Below, in pieces: positions 35,760 to 44,397 of a stretch of DNA of 64,000 nt; position 1 is the stretch's first letter; each line of letters begins with the position of its first letter. Location: the IMG/VR virus record IMGVR_UViG_3300037086_000474, positions 1 to 64,000 of that record; one strand, written 5' to 3'. The DNA comes from a virus. The position numbers were made by a program, and so were the translations under genes. The notes beneath the pieces are model-generated. The model had not been told where the DNA came from and searched no databases. It saw nothing but the letters and a program-made list of their open reading frames with translations.

Positions 35760-38700
35760 ATGGCACAACTCAAAGGTGGAGACCCAACACTTTTTTGGAA
35801 ACGTGGTTTTAATATTCAACCACTGAAAGATTTTGTATATACAGATGCTCAAAAACTAGCAGCGATTCAATCGATAATTAATGCAACCTTGCGAGGCGTT
35901 AGCAACATTCCAGATGCTAATCAATTGCCTACGACTTTAATGGATGTTACTATCGATTGGTCTATCGGTACACAAGCTGATGACATTTACCAATTGACTA
36001 TTGATGGGCTCACTCTGGTTCAGGATGCAAATGAGGCTCCAGTTTCGGCCGCCCCAACAACTGGAATGACTGATCAACAAATGGCCACATTTGCAGCCCA
36101 AGCCCTAATAGTTGGACTTGGAACAAATACTGATCTGCAACATGTTCAGACAAATCTTACACTTCCGGTAACAGGACTTTATTCAACAACGGTGGGTTGG
36201 AGTTCTTCTAGTACAGGAACAGTTTCTAATTCAGGAGTTGTCTCAAGACCATCCGGATCTGATGCAAGTATCGTATTCACCGCAACTGTCACTAAAAATG
36301 CCGCAAATGTTACAAAAACATTCAACGCAACAGTATCACACTCAACCAACACTGATGCGGCCGATGTTGCAACCGACAAGGCAGCTCTATCAGTTGGTCT
36401 TGGATCGAATTCTGATCTTAATAACGTTGTAAGCAATCTTACATTGGTATTGTCTGGTTCACATGGCACTTCAATTTCTTGGGGCTCTTCTAACACAGGA
36501 GCTATTTCTAACTCAGGAGTTGTTGTAAAGCCTTCTGGATCTAATGCGAGTGTGACTTTGACCGCAACAATTTCTAAGGGTGCAGCTTCAGACACGAAAG
36601 AATTTAACGCAATAGTATTGCAAAATGCTGACACATCTAATGTAGCTACAGACAAGGCAGCTCTATCAGTTGGTCTCGGATCTAATCCTGATCTTGAGGA
36701 TGTCACAACAAATCTTACACTCTCAACAAGTGGCTCGAATGGCACTTCAATTTCTTGGCAGTCTTCTAGCACGGGAGTTGTTTCTAACTCTGGAGTTGTC
36801 TCAAGGCCTTCTGAATCGAACGCGAGTGTAACACTCACTGCAACAATTTCTAAGGGTGCAGCATCAGACACGAAAGAATTCAATTTGACTGTATTATTTT
36901 TAGTTGATACTTCGGCTGCTGATGTTGCAACGGACAAAGCAGCTCTATCGATTGGTCTTGGATTAAACAGTGGCTTAAGCAATGTGGTGGGTCATCTTAT
37001 ATTCGCCACATCTGGATCGAATGGCACCACTATTTCTTGGGAAACAAACAATGTTGCAGTAACTAGTGAAGGAAATATTGTTCGACCACCAGCATCTGGC
37101 AGTGATGCTTCAGTGGCTATAACTGCTACAATATCTAAGGGTCGCTACTCAGATACAAAACAGTTCAATGTCACTGTAAAGAAATTGGTTGCCGTTGGAG
37201 CAGCATTCCAGCCTCTCAATGTGAACGGTGGTAATATTTTGGGAGGAACAAGAGAAAATGCTAGCATTTACTCTCTGAGTGTTTTTGGCACTAAGCTTGT
37301 TGTTGGAACAGATCAGGGAAGAATATCATCATATGATAGTTCAAACTCAACTTGGACTTATTATGATGCTTCAAGCGGACTCAGAGACAATCAAACAATG
37401 TTTGGGGCAGGTATTTTGAGTTGTGTTTATGGATCAACGATAGTGTTTAATGATGCATACAGCAATATTGCTTCTTGGGATGGAACTGCGTGGAAAAAAC
37501 CTGATGGGAGTGGAACTGGAACTGGCATATATGCTAAACTTTCCGATTATGTTTATCCTTCGGGTAGCGGCATGGCGACGACTCCCGTAGTTTACAATGG
37601 CAGTATTGTATTTGCTAGTTCTGCTTATGTTGCTTCTTGGGATGGATCGGCTTGGAAAAAATATAATGGAAATGGAACAGGAACCGGACCATATAGTATG
37701 GGGACAGTTGTTGGAAATCAGATAATTCAAGCTATGACAGTATGGAACGGTTTCCTTATTGTCGCAGGAGGACTTGGTCGAATTGGCTCATTTGATGGAA
37801 CAAATTGGAAGAATTATGATGGTACCGGTACGGGAACGGGTCCATATTCAAATGGGTCTTGGTTCCCTCAAAATACTGGGGATGCTATTTATGCAGTATT
37901 TTCGTATGGAAGTCAATTACTAGTTGGTGGACCCAATGATAGTGTTTCTTCTTGGGACGGATCGGCTTGGAAATATTATGATGGAACTGGGACAGGGTCT
38001 GGAATTTATCATCAAAGTATCTTCGCAGATAGAACCTCAATTACAAAAATTGTTCAACTTGGGAGCGTTTTGATGTTCTTCGGCTACAACAATATCGCTT
38101 CTTATGATGGATCTGCTTGGAAGCTTTCAGATGGAACAGGAGGAGGAACAGGTCCTCACGCTGATGCGGCTACTGGCAGTGATCACATTCTCGCGTATCC
38201 AAAAGCAGTATTTTTCAATTCGACTATTGTATATGGTGGTAACGCGGGGAGAGTCAATTCTTGGGACGGAACCAAGTTTGGAGATCAATCGGGTGCAACA
38301 GGACTCTATAAAGCCATGTCTGCCGACTTTGGAACTAAGCAATACCCAACATATTCAATTGAATTGCTCGGTGATAAATTGCTAGTTGGATCCGGTGCGG
38401 GTGCATTGTCTTATTATGATTTCACAGGATCAGTATGGCATCCATATACGGAAACAAGTAATCCATTGACCGACAATTCAGATTCTAATAAAACCCAGGA
38501 AGAAATTGGCTTGATGCTAAAGTATCAATCAGGTTCGGTCATTTTATCCCCAGGAATGCACGGAAGTAGCGTAATATGTTCTTATGACGGAATCAATTGG
38601 AAGACGGCTGATGGCAGTGGAACAGGAACTGGTCCATATTATACCTCGCCTATGTTTCCATATTCTACAATAGGTCTCTATGGAAATTATATAATAACTG

Positions 38701-39410
38701 GAGATATGATTGGAAACATAGAATCTTGGGATTTAATTGCCTCAGATTGGAAACACTCTGATGGATCAGGAAGTGGAAATGGTCCCTATGCTAGCTATTT
38801 CATGAATCCCATTGTACAGTCAATGATAACATCGATCGTCAAATACGGTGATAATTTGGTTGTGGCCGATATGGGCGGAAACATTACTTCTTGGGATGGA
38901 ACTAATTGGAAAAAATATGATGGAGCTGGTACAGGAACAGGACCATATCGTGCTGCGACCGGAGAGGCTCAACTAGTTGTATATGATGGAATGTTGGTCG
39001 CAGGTGGAAATCTTTTGTCTTCGTATGATGGCTCTAACTGGAAAAACTATGATGGAACTGGTGCGGGAACAGGAATATATTCTATGGGCGCACCGTGGAA
39101 TAGCGAGGTCATCACAGTACTTCTTGTCGAGGGTAATACTCTAGTAGTTGTAACTGAGTCTGGAAAAGTTGCTTCATACGATGGTTCTAACTGGAAAAAC
39201 TATGACGGAACTGGGACAGGCACGGGTCCTTATAATGATGGAACAATGATTGGAGTCTCCGACAATTTGCCGGGAGAGCAACTAGTTCAAGATGCTTATG
39301 CGGTTGATGGTGGTTTCTACATTGTTGGAGGTCGAGAGAGACTCGCGTCTTATAAAGTGTCCAACAAGACATGGTACAATTACGACGGAACGACAACAAA
39401 TCAATCATAA
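35760..39410 (+). CDS. virion adhesin-like protein: shared N domain, 4 atrophied Ig-like repeats, WDGxxWK propeller-like repeats
   Basis: N-term homologous to 33717..35663; about 12 S(W/Y)DGxxWKxxDGxGxGxG repeats. Confidence 0.7.
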   Translation: MAQLKGGDPTLFWKRGFNIQPLKDFVYTDAQKLAAIQSIINATLRGVSNIPDANQLPTTLMDVTIDWSIGTQADDIYQLTIDGLTLVQDANEAPVSAAPTTGMTDQQMATFAAQALIVGLGTNTDLQHVQTNLTLPVTGLYSTTVGWSSSSTGTVSNSGVVSRPSGSDASIVFTATVTKNAANVTKTFNATVSHSTNTDAADVATDKAALSVGLGSNSDLNNVVSNLTLVLSGSHGTSISWGSSNTGAISNSGVVVKPSGSNASVTLTATISKGAASDTKEFNAIVLQNADTSNVATDKAALSVGLGSNPDLEDVTTNLTLSTSGSNGTSISWQSSSTGVVSNSGVVSRPSESNASVTLTATISKGAASDTKEFNLTVLFLVDTSAADVATDKAALSIGLGLNSGLSNVVGHLIFATSGSNGTTISWETNNVAVTSEGNIVRPPASGSDASVAITATISKGRYSDTKQFNVTVKKLVAVGAAFQPLNVNGGNILGGTRENASIYSLSVFGTKLVVGTDQGRISSYDSSNSTWTYYDASSGLRDNQTMFGAGILSCVYGSTIVFNDAYSNIASWDGTAWKKPDGSGTGTGIYAKLSDYVYPSGSGMATTPVVYNGSIVFASSAYVASWDGSAWKKYNGNGTGTGPYSMGTVVGNQIIQAMTVWNGFLIVAGGLGRIGSFDGTNWKNYDGTGTGTGPYSNGSWFPQNTGDAIYAVFSYGSQLLVGGPNDSVSSWDGSAWKYYDGTGTGSGIYHQSIFADRTSITKIVQLGSVLMFFGYNNIASYDGSAWKLSDGTGGGTGPHADAATGSDHILAYPKAVFFNSTIVYGGNAGRVNSWDGTKFGDQSGATGLYKAMSADFGTKQYPTYSIELLGDKLLVGSGAGALSYYDFTGSVWHPYTETSNPLTDNSDSNKTQEEIGLMLKYQSGSVILSPGMHGSSVICSYDGINWKTADGSGTGTGPYYTSPMFPYSTIGLYGNYIITGDMIGNIESWDLIASDWKHSDGSGSGNGPYASYFMNPIVQSMITSIVKYGDNLVVADMGGNITSWDGTNWKKYDGAGTGTGPYRAATGEAQLVVYDGMLVAGGNLLSSYDGSNWKNYDGTGAGTGIYSMGAPWNSEVITVLLVEGNTLVVVTESGKVASYDGSNWKNYDGTGTGTGPYNDGTMIGVSDNLPGEQLVQDAYAVDGGFYIVGGRERLASYKVSNKTWYNYDGTTTNQS

Positions 39411-39415
39411 AAATC

Positions 39416-39439
39416 AGCCCCTCGAAAGAGGGGCTTTTC
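39416..39439 (+). terminator. intrinsic terminator
   Basis: AGCCCCTC-GAAA-GAGGGGCT-TTTC. Confidence 0.8.
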
Positions 39440-39441
39440 TA

Positions 39442-39471
39442 TTTTAGAGATCCACTCCATCAGCATATAAT
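39442..39471 (+). promoter_or_regulatory. class A promoter; ATG 6 nt after TATAAT (probably leaderless)
   Basis: TTTTAGAG-N16-TATAAT, ATG 39478, no SD. Confidence 0.7.
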
Positions 39472-39477
39472 CATTTT

Positions 39478-40077
39478 ATGAACATACAAGTGTTCGGAGA
39501 AGAGACACTCATAGACCATCTTTGTGCTCTGGGCAACCACTACTCTCACTGCATCTCTATCAGGGATCCCCAGCTGAAGATGCCCCAGATCATCAAAGAA
39601 AGTTTTCAGGCTATTCTCGAGCTCAAATTTGCAGACATCCCATATGAAATAGAAGGAGTAAGAGCTCCTGAGAAGAGAGACATTAGGGGTGTCATAGAGT
39701 TTTTCAATCAAACTAAAGACAGTGCAACTGGATACACCATTCATTGCCATGCTGGTATTTCTCGTTCTACTGCAGTAGCTCTTGGAATAGCTTATCTCAT
39801 CACTGGAGATGAGAGGGCTGCTGCAGATATGTTTCGGGCTGCTGTTGGAAAAAAGAGCATTAGTCCCAATATAAGGATCGTTCAATTTTTTGATGAGCTT
39901 CTTGGAAGCAATCTGAAATCCATTGCTCATGAGTTTCATAGAGCCACCGATGATGCAATGAAGAAAGAGCTGCTTGATCTCTTCGAACCAAAAGGGCTCT
40001 TGGCTAAGGCCGATAGTGTGCGGTCAAAGCATATTTATTCTGGTTTAGACAAGAAAGGAGCTCAAAGTGAGCTATAA
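39478..40077 (+). CDS. protein tyrosine/dual-specificity phosphatase-like protein
   Basis: CX5R P-loop IHCHAGISRSTA; ISIRDP; SPN. Confidence 0.85.
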   Translation: MNIQVFGEETLIDHLCALGNHYSHCISIRDPQLKMPQIIKESFQAILELKFADIPYEIEGVRAPEKRDIRGVIEFFNQTKDSATGYTIHCHAGISRSTAVALGIAYLITGDERAAADMFRAAVGKKSISPNIRIVQFFDELLGSNLKSIAHEFHRATDDAMKKELLDLFEPKGLLAKADSVRSKHIYSGLDKKGAQSEL

Positions 40078-40618
40078 TAACCAGATCGTCCCGGGATTTG
40101 ATGAAGATTTGAACAATGAAATCATCATTACCTTGAGGAAGATCGGCACAGTGCCCCAATGTCTTTCTTTTGAGCTGAAGGGACATATTGACACTTACAA
40201 CTCTGGATTCTTTCAGAAGCAAGTCAATAAGGTCATTGCAGCTGGGTACATCTATCTCATCTTCAATGCCAATGGACTCAACTACCTCTCGAGCACAGGC
40301 ATCGGTTCCTTCACCTCGTTTCTCAAGACAGTAAAGACGAAGAATGGAGACGTTGTGTTTGTTGGAATGCAAAGCAAGGTGTTCGAAATTTTTCAGCTTC
40401 TTGGGTTCCAACAGTTCTTCAAGTTCTCGAACACAATCGAAGACGCCATTTTATTTTTCACGACTACTAAGAAAGGTCCTGCGAGCCTTTTTCCAAAAAC
40501 TTTTGCATGTCCTATCTGTGATCACAAGCTCAGGGCGTCGAAGAACGGAAGGTTTCGCTGTCCTTCTTGCAAAACTGTTCTTCTTCTGACCGAAAAGGCA
40601 GAGGTGCTTCTCGGATGA
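40067..40618 (+). CDS. anti-sigma factor antagonist (STAS) with C-terminal zinc ribbon, spirochaete-type
   Basis: IVPGFDE, GHIDTYNS, LNYLSSTGIG, VFEIFQLLGF, CPIC...CPSC. Confidence 0.85.
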   Translation: MSYNNQIVPGFDEDLNNEIIITLRKIGTVPQCLSFELKGHIDTYNSGFFQKQVNKVIAAGYIYLIFNANGLNYLSSTGIGSFTSFLKTVKTKNGDVVFVGMQSKVFEIFQLLGFQQFFKFSNTIEDAILFFTTTKKGPASLFPKTFACPICDHKLRASKNGRFRCPSCKTVLLLTEKAEVLLG

Positions 40619-40694
40619 AAGGGCATTCCAAACTTCGCTCCACAGCCTATGAGAACATATTTGCCTCATGGCATATTTTTAGTAGGAGACACAC

Positions 40695-40949
40695 ATGATA
40701 CTTCAAACATTTGACCATGCGAAACTGAAGCTTCTCTTTTCAGATGGAAGAACGTTTGTTTGTACTGAGGACTCACACTATAAGGTATGGACCGTCGCTC
40801 AGAAGGGAAATGAAGTAGTAGTGCAGTGGGGTAGGATTGGCAACAAGATCCAAGACCAGACCAAAAAGTTTTACAATGATTTTTCAGCCAAACGCTTCAT
40901 CAACGAAAAGATTGAAGAGAAGAAAAAGAAAGGCTATGTGGAGATATGA
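40695..40949 (+). CDS. WGR domain protein
   Basis: HYKVW...VVVQWGRIG...EKKKKGY. Confidence 0.85.
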   Translation: MILQTFDHAKLKLLFSDGRTFVCTEDSHYKVWTVAQKGNEVVVQWGRIGNKIQDQTKKFYNDFSAKRFINEKIEEKKKKGYVEI

Positions 40950-41242
40950 GAATCGGTTCTTGGGAGATCAAACGAATCGTTCCCAAATGGGCAACTCAAC
41001 GCAACATGTATTGGCGATGTCCTGTTTGCAAAAACATAAGTCGACTTGCTTTTGCAAAAGATGGTAGGACTCTCTTCCAAATCATGCTCGATGAGAAAAC
41101 CACAAAGCTTGACAGCATGACACTCACCTGTGGAACTTGCAAATCGAAGATCACATTCATGGCTGCTGATGAAATTGCTGTGAAGATTGCAGAAATCAAA
41201 GCAGAAGAGCTCGAGAAAGCGTCGGCGTCTGGTGATAACTAA
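40946..41242 (+). CDS. zinc-ribbon protein
   Basis: CPVC...CGTC. Confidence 0.6.
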   Translation: MRIGSWEIKRIVPKWATQRNMYWRCPVCKNISRLAFAKDGRTLFQIMLDEKTTKLDSMTLTCGTCKSKITFMAADEIAVKIAEIKAEELEKASASGDN

Positions 41243-41411
41243 AGACCTTTCAAAATCTTTAATTTGGCAAGAAGCCAAGCGTCTTTTGGATCCAGAACCA
41301 CTTCTGACTTGTGCGTATTGTAAATATCATTCGCACAACAATTATTGCTTGAAATCATCCAATAGTCAGGAAACTGAAGATGAAGATTCCTGTCAGTATT
41401 TTACCACATAG
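41232..41411 (+). CDS. AKxLL-Cys4 microprotein 1
   Basis: EAKRLL...CAYC...C...CQYF. Confidence 0.55.
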   Translation: MITKDLSKSLIWQEAKRLLDPEPLLTCAYCKYHSHNNYCLKSSNSQETEDEDSCQYFTT

Positions 41412-41422
41412 GGGATAGAGAT

Positions 41423-41587
41423 ATGAAGAAACGGGTGTCACTTTCGAAATGGGTTGGAATGAGGATTCTTCATAAACCCAACCGTGGTCTTTCCAAAAAC
41501 CATCAACCACAGCCTTTTACACTTCGCGTTTCAGCCGCCGAACTTGAGCGAAGAATTGAGTCTCTGAGTAAAAGAGACGGGGCATAG
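41423..41587 (+). CDS. small basic protein (absent from ORF track)
   Basis: MKKRVSLSKWVGMRILHKPNRGLSKNHQPQPFTLRVSAAELERRIESLSKRDGA*. Confidence 0.45.
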   Translation: MKKRVSLSKWVGMRILHKPNRGLSKNHQPQPFTLRVSAAELERRIESLSKRDGA

Positions 41588-41766
41588 TGTCTCCATATTT
41601 GATGGCAAAAAATCTTTTAGAGAACAAAAAATGCAAATCTTGCATTGGAACTCTCTATAACTCTGAATGTCCTCTTCATCCTCATCGCCCCCGCGCGGAG
41701 ACATGCTCTTGTTGGGAAAAGAAACCATCGAACACTCCAGAAGAGTATTTTGGTATAAAAGTTTAG
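41587..41766 (+). CDS. AKxLL-Cys4 microprotein 2 (absent from ORF track)
   Basis: MSPYLMAKNLLENKKCKSCIGTLYNSECPLHPHRPRAETCSCWEKK... Confidence 0.65.
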   Translation: MSPYLMAKNLLENKKCKSCIGTLYNSECPLHPHRPRAETCSCWEKKPSNTPEEYFGIKV

Positions 41767-41767
41767 A

Positions 41768-41920
41768 ATGAGCGAGGATCAAATTGCAAAGATGCTTCTA
41801 GAGGGAAAGAATTGTGAGACATGTTGGCGTATGGGAGTGGAATGCGGAGAGTCCACTCAAAATATTGATGCCAATTTTGTTTGCAGGAGTTGGGAGGAGA
41901 ATATATTCTTAAAAAAATGA
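41768..41920 (+). CDS. AKxLL-Cys4 microprotein 3 (absent from ORF track)
   Basis: MSEDQIAKMLLEGKNCETCWRMGVECGESTQNIDANFVCRSWEENIFLKK*. Confidence 0.7.
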   Translation: MSEDQIAKMLLEGKNCETCWRMGVECGESTQNIDANFVCRSWEENIFLKK

Positions 41921-42114
41921 CTGAGGATAAAATCGCCAAAAATCTTCTTGCCAATAAAACGTGTGACACTTGCATGTCATTAGAATGCTCTCGTCATGAT
42001 CACACGGCCGACGACACTTGTGAAAGATGGAGAGGGTCTAGTTGGCAGAAGACATTGCCAAGAAATGGCTTGATGGAACCCTTAGTAGAAGGACCACTTG
42101 GAAAAATCTATTGA
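41917..42114 (+). CDS. AKxLL-Cys4 microprotein 4
   Basis: MTEDKIAKNLLANKTCDTCMSLEC...DTCERW. Confidence 0.7.
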   Translation: MTEDKIAKNLLANKTCDTCMSLECSRHDHTADDTCERWRGSSWQKTLPRNGLMEPLVEGPLGKIY

Positions 42115-42268
42115 ACCTTACAAACTTGCTAAGATCCTTCTTTTGATGGATGAGAGATCTTGTAAAAACTGCACTAGCGCAGATTGCGGAGCTAACCAAT
42201 ATGAGCCTTTTCTTCAGCAATTTGGAGACTATTTATGTGAAAACTGGGAAAATTTCGACACACCGTGA
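42098..42268 (+). CDS. AKxLL-Cys4 microprotein 5 (absent from ORF track)
   Basis: TTG start; MEKSIEPYKLAKILLLMDERSCKNCTSADCGANQYEPFLQQFGDYLCENWENFDTP*. Confidence 0.65.
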   Translation: MEKSIEPYKLAKILLLMDERSCKNCTSADCGANQYEPFLQQFGDYLCENWENFDTP

Positions 42269-42298
42269 TTTTAGAGCAAATGGACAATAAGTTAGAAT
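42269..42298 (+). promoter_or_regulatory. class A promoter for the CCA enzyme N-half
   Basis: TTTTAGAG-N16-TAGAAT; in-frame ATG 42305 lies 6 nt downstream. Confidence 0.65.
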
Positions 42299-42304
42299 AT
42301 GATC

Positions 42305-43057
42305 ATGTTGGAAACCTCTAAAAAGGTGATTGAGACTCTTCGCAAAGCAGGATTTGAAGCCCTGGTCGCTGGTGGAGCGGTCCGGGACATGGTCATGGGT
42401 CTCCAGCCAAAAGATGTAGACATCGCCTCAGATGCCAGTGTGGAAGATATCAAGAAACTCTTCAAAACCATTCCTGTTGGAGAGAGTTTTGGAGTTTGTA
42501 TCGTTCTGGTAGATGGGCATTCCTTCGAAATTGCGCGTTTCCGCGCGGACGGTGAGTATCTGGATGGAAGACGCCCTTCATCCGTGGAGTTTAGCTCGAT
42601 GGAGGAGGATGCGAAAAGGCGCGATCTCACCGTGAATGGTCTTTTCTGGGATCCCACTTCCGACAAGGTGATCGACTTCGTGGGTGGAATGGAAGACATC
42701 AAGGCGGGAAGAATCCGCTTCATTGGCAATGCTCAGTCTCGTATCGACGAGGATCGGCTGAGGATGCTGAGGGCGGTTCGCTTTGCGCTGAAACTGGGGT
42801 TCAAATTCGATCAGAAGGATTTCGAGGTGGTGAAGAGCAACGCGCATCGTATCCACGACATTTCTGCCGAGAGGATCCGCGAGGAGCTGAACAAGATGCT
42901 GCGCATTGGAAAACCTCGTCAGATGCTGGAGATGCTGCGAGACACTGGTCTCCTGAAGGAGATTCTGCCTGAAGTCATGAAGATGATCGACTGTGGTCAG
43001 AATCCCAAGTGGCATCCGGAGGGAGCCCGGGTCCAGAAAATCATTTACATAGATTGA
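42305..43057 (+). CDS. cca: CCA-adding tRNA nucleotidyltransferase, N-terminal half (class II NTase + RNA-binding domain)
   Basis: AGGAVRD, KDVDIA, EIARFR, EDAKRRDLTVNG, EDRLRMLRAVRF, SAERIREEL, QNPKWHPEG. Confidence 0.9.
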   Translation: MLETSKKVIETLRKAGFEALVAGGAVRDMVMGLQPKDVDIASDASVEDIKKLFKTIPVGESFGVCIVLVDGHSFEIARFRADGEYLDGRRPSSVEFSSMEEDAKRRDLTVNGLFWDPTSDKVIDFVGGMEDIKAGRIRFIGNAQSRIDEDRLRMLRAVRFALKLGFKFDQKDFEVVKSNAHRIHDISAERIREELNKMLRIGKPRQMLEMLRDTGLLKEILPEVMKMIDCGQNPKWHPEGARVQKIIYID

Positions 43058-43063
43058 AAGTAG

Positions 43064-43088
43064 AAACCCCTCGAAAGAGGGGTTTTTT
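43064..43088 (+). terminator. intrinsic terminator after the CCA N-half
   Basis: AAACCCCTC-GAAA-GAGGGGTTT-TTT. Confidence 0.85.
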
Positions 43089-43183
43089 GTTTCTTTAATA
43101 AAAGTTATATTTCCGTTTTTCATCATCCATGTCCCTGTTCTAAGATAATACTGAATGCATTCATTTCTATAGGAGGACACAAC

Positions 43184-43564
43184 ATGTCTAGATCTCGTCA
43201 CAGTAGAGAGTTTCAACTCGTTCGCAGTGTTCAAGCAGAAATCATCGTGCTCAAGCAGCAAGTTCTTGATCTGCAGGACAGAGTGGCAGCATTGGATGGT
43301 GCACCAGCACCAACTCCAATCATTCCACCCGTAGTAGATCCAGTAACTCAACCACCTGTTGATCCAGATGTTCATCAGGATCCACCACCACCCGTTGTTC
43401 CTATTACTCCAGTTCCAGAACCAGCACCAACTCCTGATCCGACACCAGTTCCAGCTCCTGATGCTCCTGCCCCTGCGCAAGCTCCAGATCAGCCAGCACC
43501 TGCACCAGCAGTTGATCCAAATGCTCCTGTCCCTCCATCAACTGCAGCTCGCAGAATGAACTAG
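43184..43564 (+). CDS. coiled-coil + Pro-rich protein between the CCA halves
   Basis: TAAGATAA at 43141, SD AGGAGG, heptad IIVLKQQVLDLQDRVAALD, P/D/A-rich tail. Confidence 0.7.
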   Translation: MSRSRHSREFQLVRSVQAEIIVLKQQVLDLQDRVAALDGAPAPTPIIPPVVDPVTQPPVDPDVHQDPPPPVVPITPVPEPAPTPDPTPVPAPDAPAPAQAPDQPAPAPAVDPNAPVPPSTAARRMN

Positions 43565-43587
43565 AAACTAGAGATCACAAGCATAAT

Positions 43588-43611
43588 ATGGGGCCGAAAG
43601 GCCCCATTTTT
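43588..43611 (+). terminator. intrinsic terminator whose T-tract overlaps the next promoter
   Basis: ATGGGGCC-GAAA-GGCCCCAT-TTTT. Confidence 0.8.
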
Positions 43612-43637
43612 AGAGCCCATAGCATATATGATAAGAT
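43608..43637 (+). promoter_or_regulatory. class A promoter for the CCA enzyme C-half
   Basis: TTTTAGAG-N16-TAAGAT; in-frame ATG 43644 lies 6 nt downstream. Confidence 0.65.
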
Positions 43638-43643
43638 ATGTTC

Positions 43644-44354
43644 ATGAATGACGAACTGCTGATCAATGGACGCAAAGCAATCCTTGGACCCGTGGAGCCC
43701 TACGATCAGCACAACCCTGATCACAATGACCCTACCAAATATGTCCTCACTCCTGGAGATGTGTGGGAGCACACCATCCGTGTCATGGAGGGGATGGTTG
43801 AGCTGGGCAAGAAGGATGACGATGTGATGATGTGGTCCGTTCTGCTGCACGATGTTGGAAAGCCCGTTGTTTCCACTATTGAGAACGGTGTCATCAGGTC
43901 GAAGGGGCACTCTAAAGCTGGTGCGGAGATCACTGAGGATATTCTGACCAGGCTGAAGTTCTCCAATGACTTCATTGAGTCTGTTCGTGAGATTGTGTAT
44001 GCTCACATGATCCCCTTTGATGTTGATAGGATGAAGAAGTCCACTCTGAGGAAGTTCCTGGCGAGGAAGGACATCGAAGGCCTGATCAACATTGGAATGG
44101 CGGATTGTATGGGAACTGAGGGAAACTCCGAGTTCATTCTGGAGTGGAAGGGTTTCATTGACAAGAAGAGGGAGGAATTCAAGGCTCAGGAACTGCTGCC
44201 CAGGCCCTTCATCACCGGTCGGGATCTGATCGAGCTGGGAATGAGTCCTGGACCCACCTTCAAGAAAATTCTGGGAGAGGTCTTCGACAAGCAGCTGGAA
44301 GGAGAGCTGATCAGCAAAGAGGATGCGATCCATTACGTGAAGAGTAATTATTAG
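43644..44354 (+). CDS. CCA-adding enzyme C-terminal half (HD domain + tail)
   Basis: GDVWEHT, LLHDVGKP, GHSKAGA, HM, ADC, ITGRDLIELGMSPGP. Confidence 0.9.
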   Translation: MNDELLINGRKAILGPVEPYDQHNPDHNDPTKYVLTPGDVWEHTIRVMEGMVELGKKDDDVMMWSVLLHDVGKPVVSTIENGVIRSKGHSKAGAEITEDILTRLKFSNDFIESVREIVYAHMIPFDVDRMKKSTLRKFLARKDIEGLINIGMADCMGTEGNSEFILEWKGFIDKKREEFKAQELLPRPFITGRDLIELGMSPGPTFKKILGEVFDKQLEGELISKEDAIHYVKSNY

Positions 44355-44397
44355 AAAAAGCGCAGTGGATTGAAATTGTACCGCATTATTGAAAACC

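Noticed and set aside
43020-43760. Split intein or T4 gene 60-like ribosomal bypass between matching GGA codons in cca
   Set aside because: No intein junction residues; the gap is over 700 nt and contains two terminators and a separate gene
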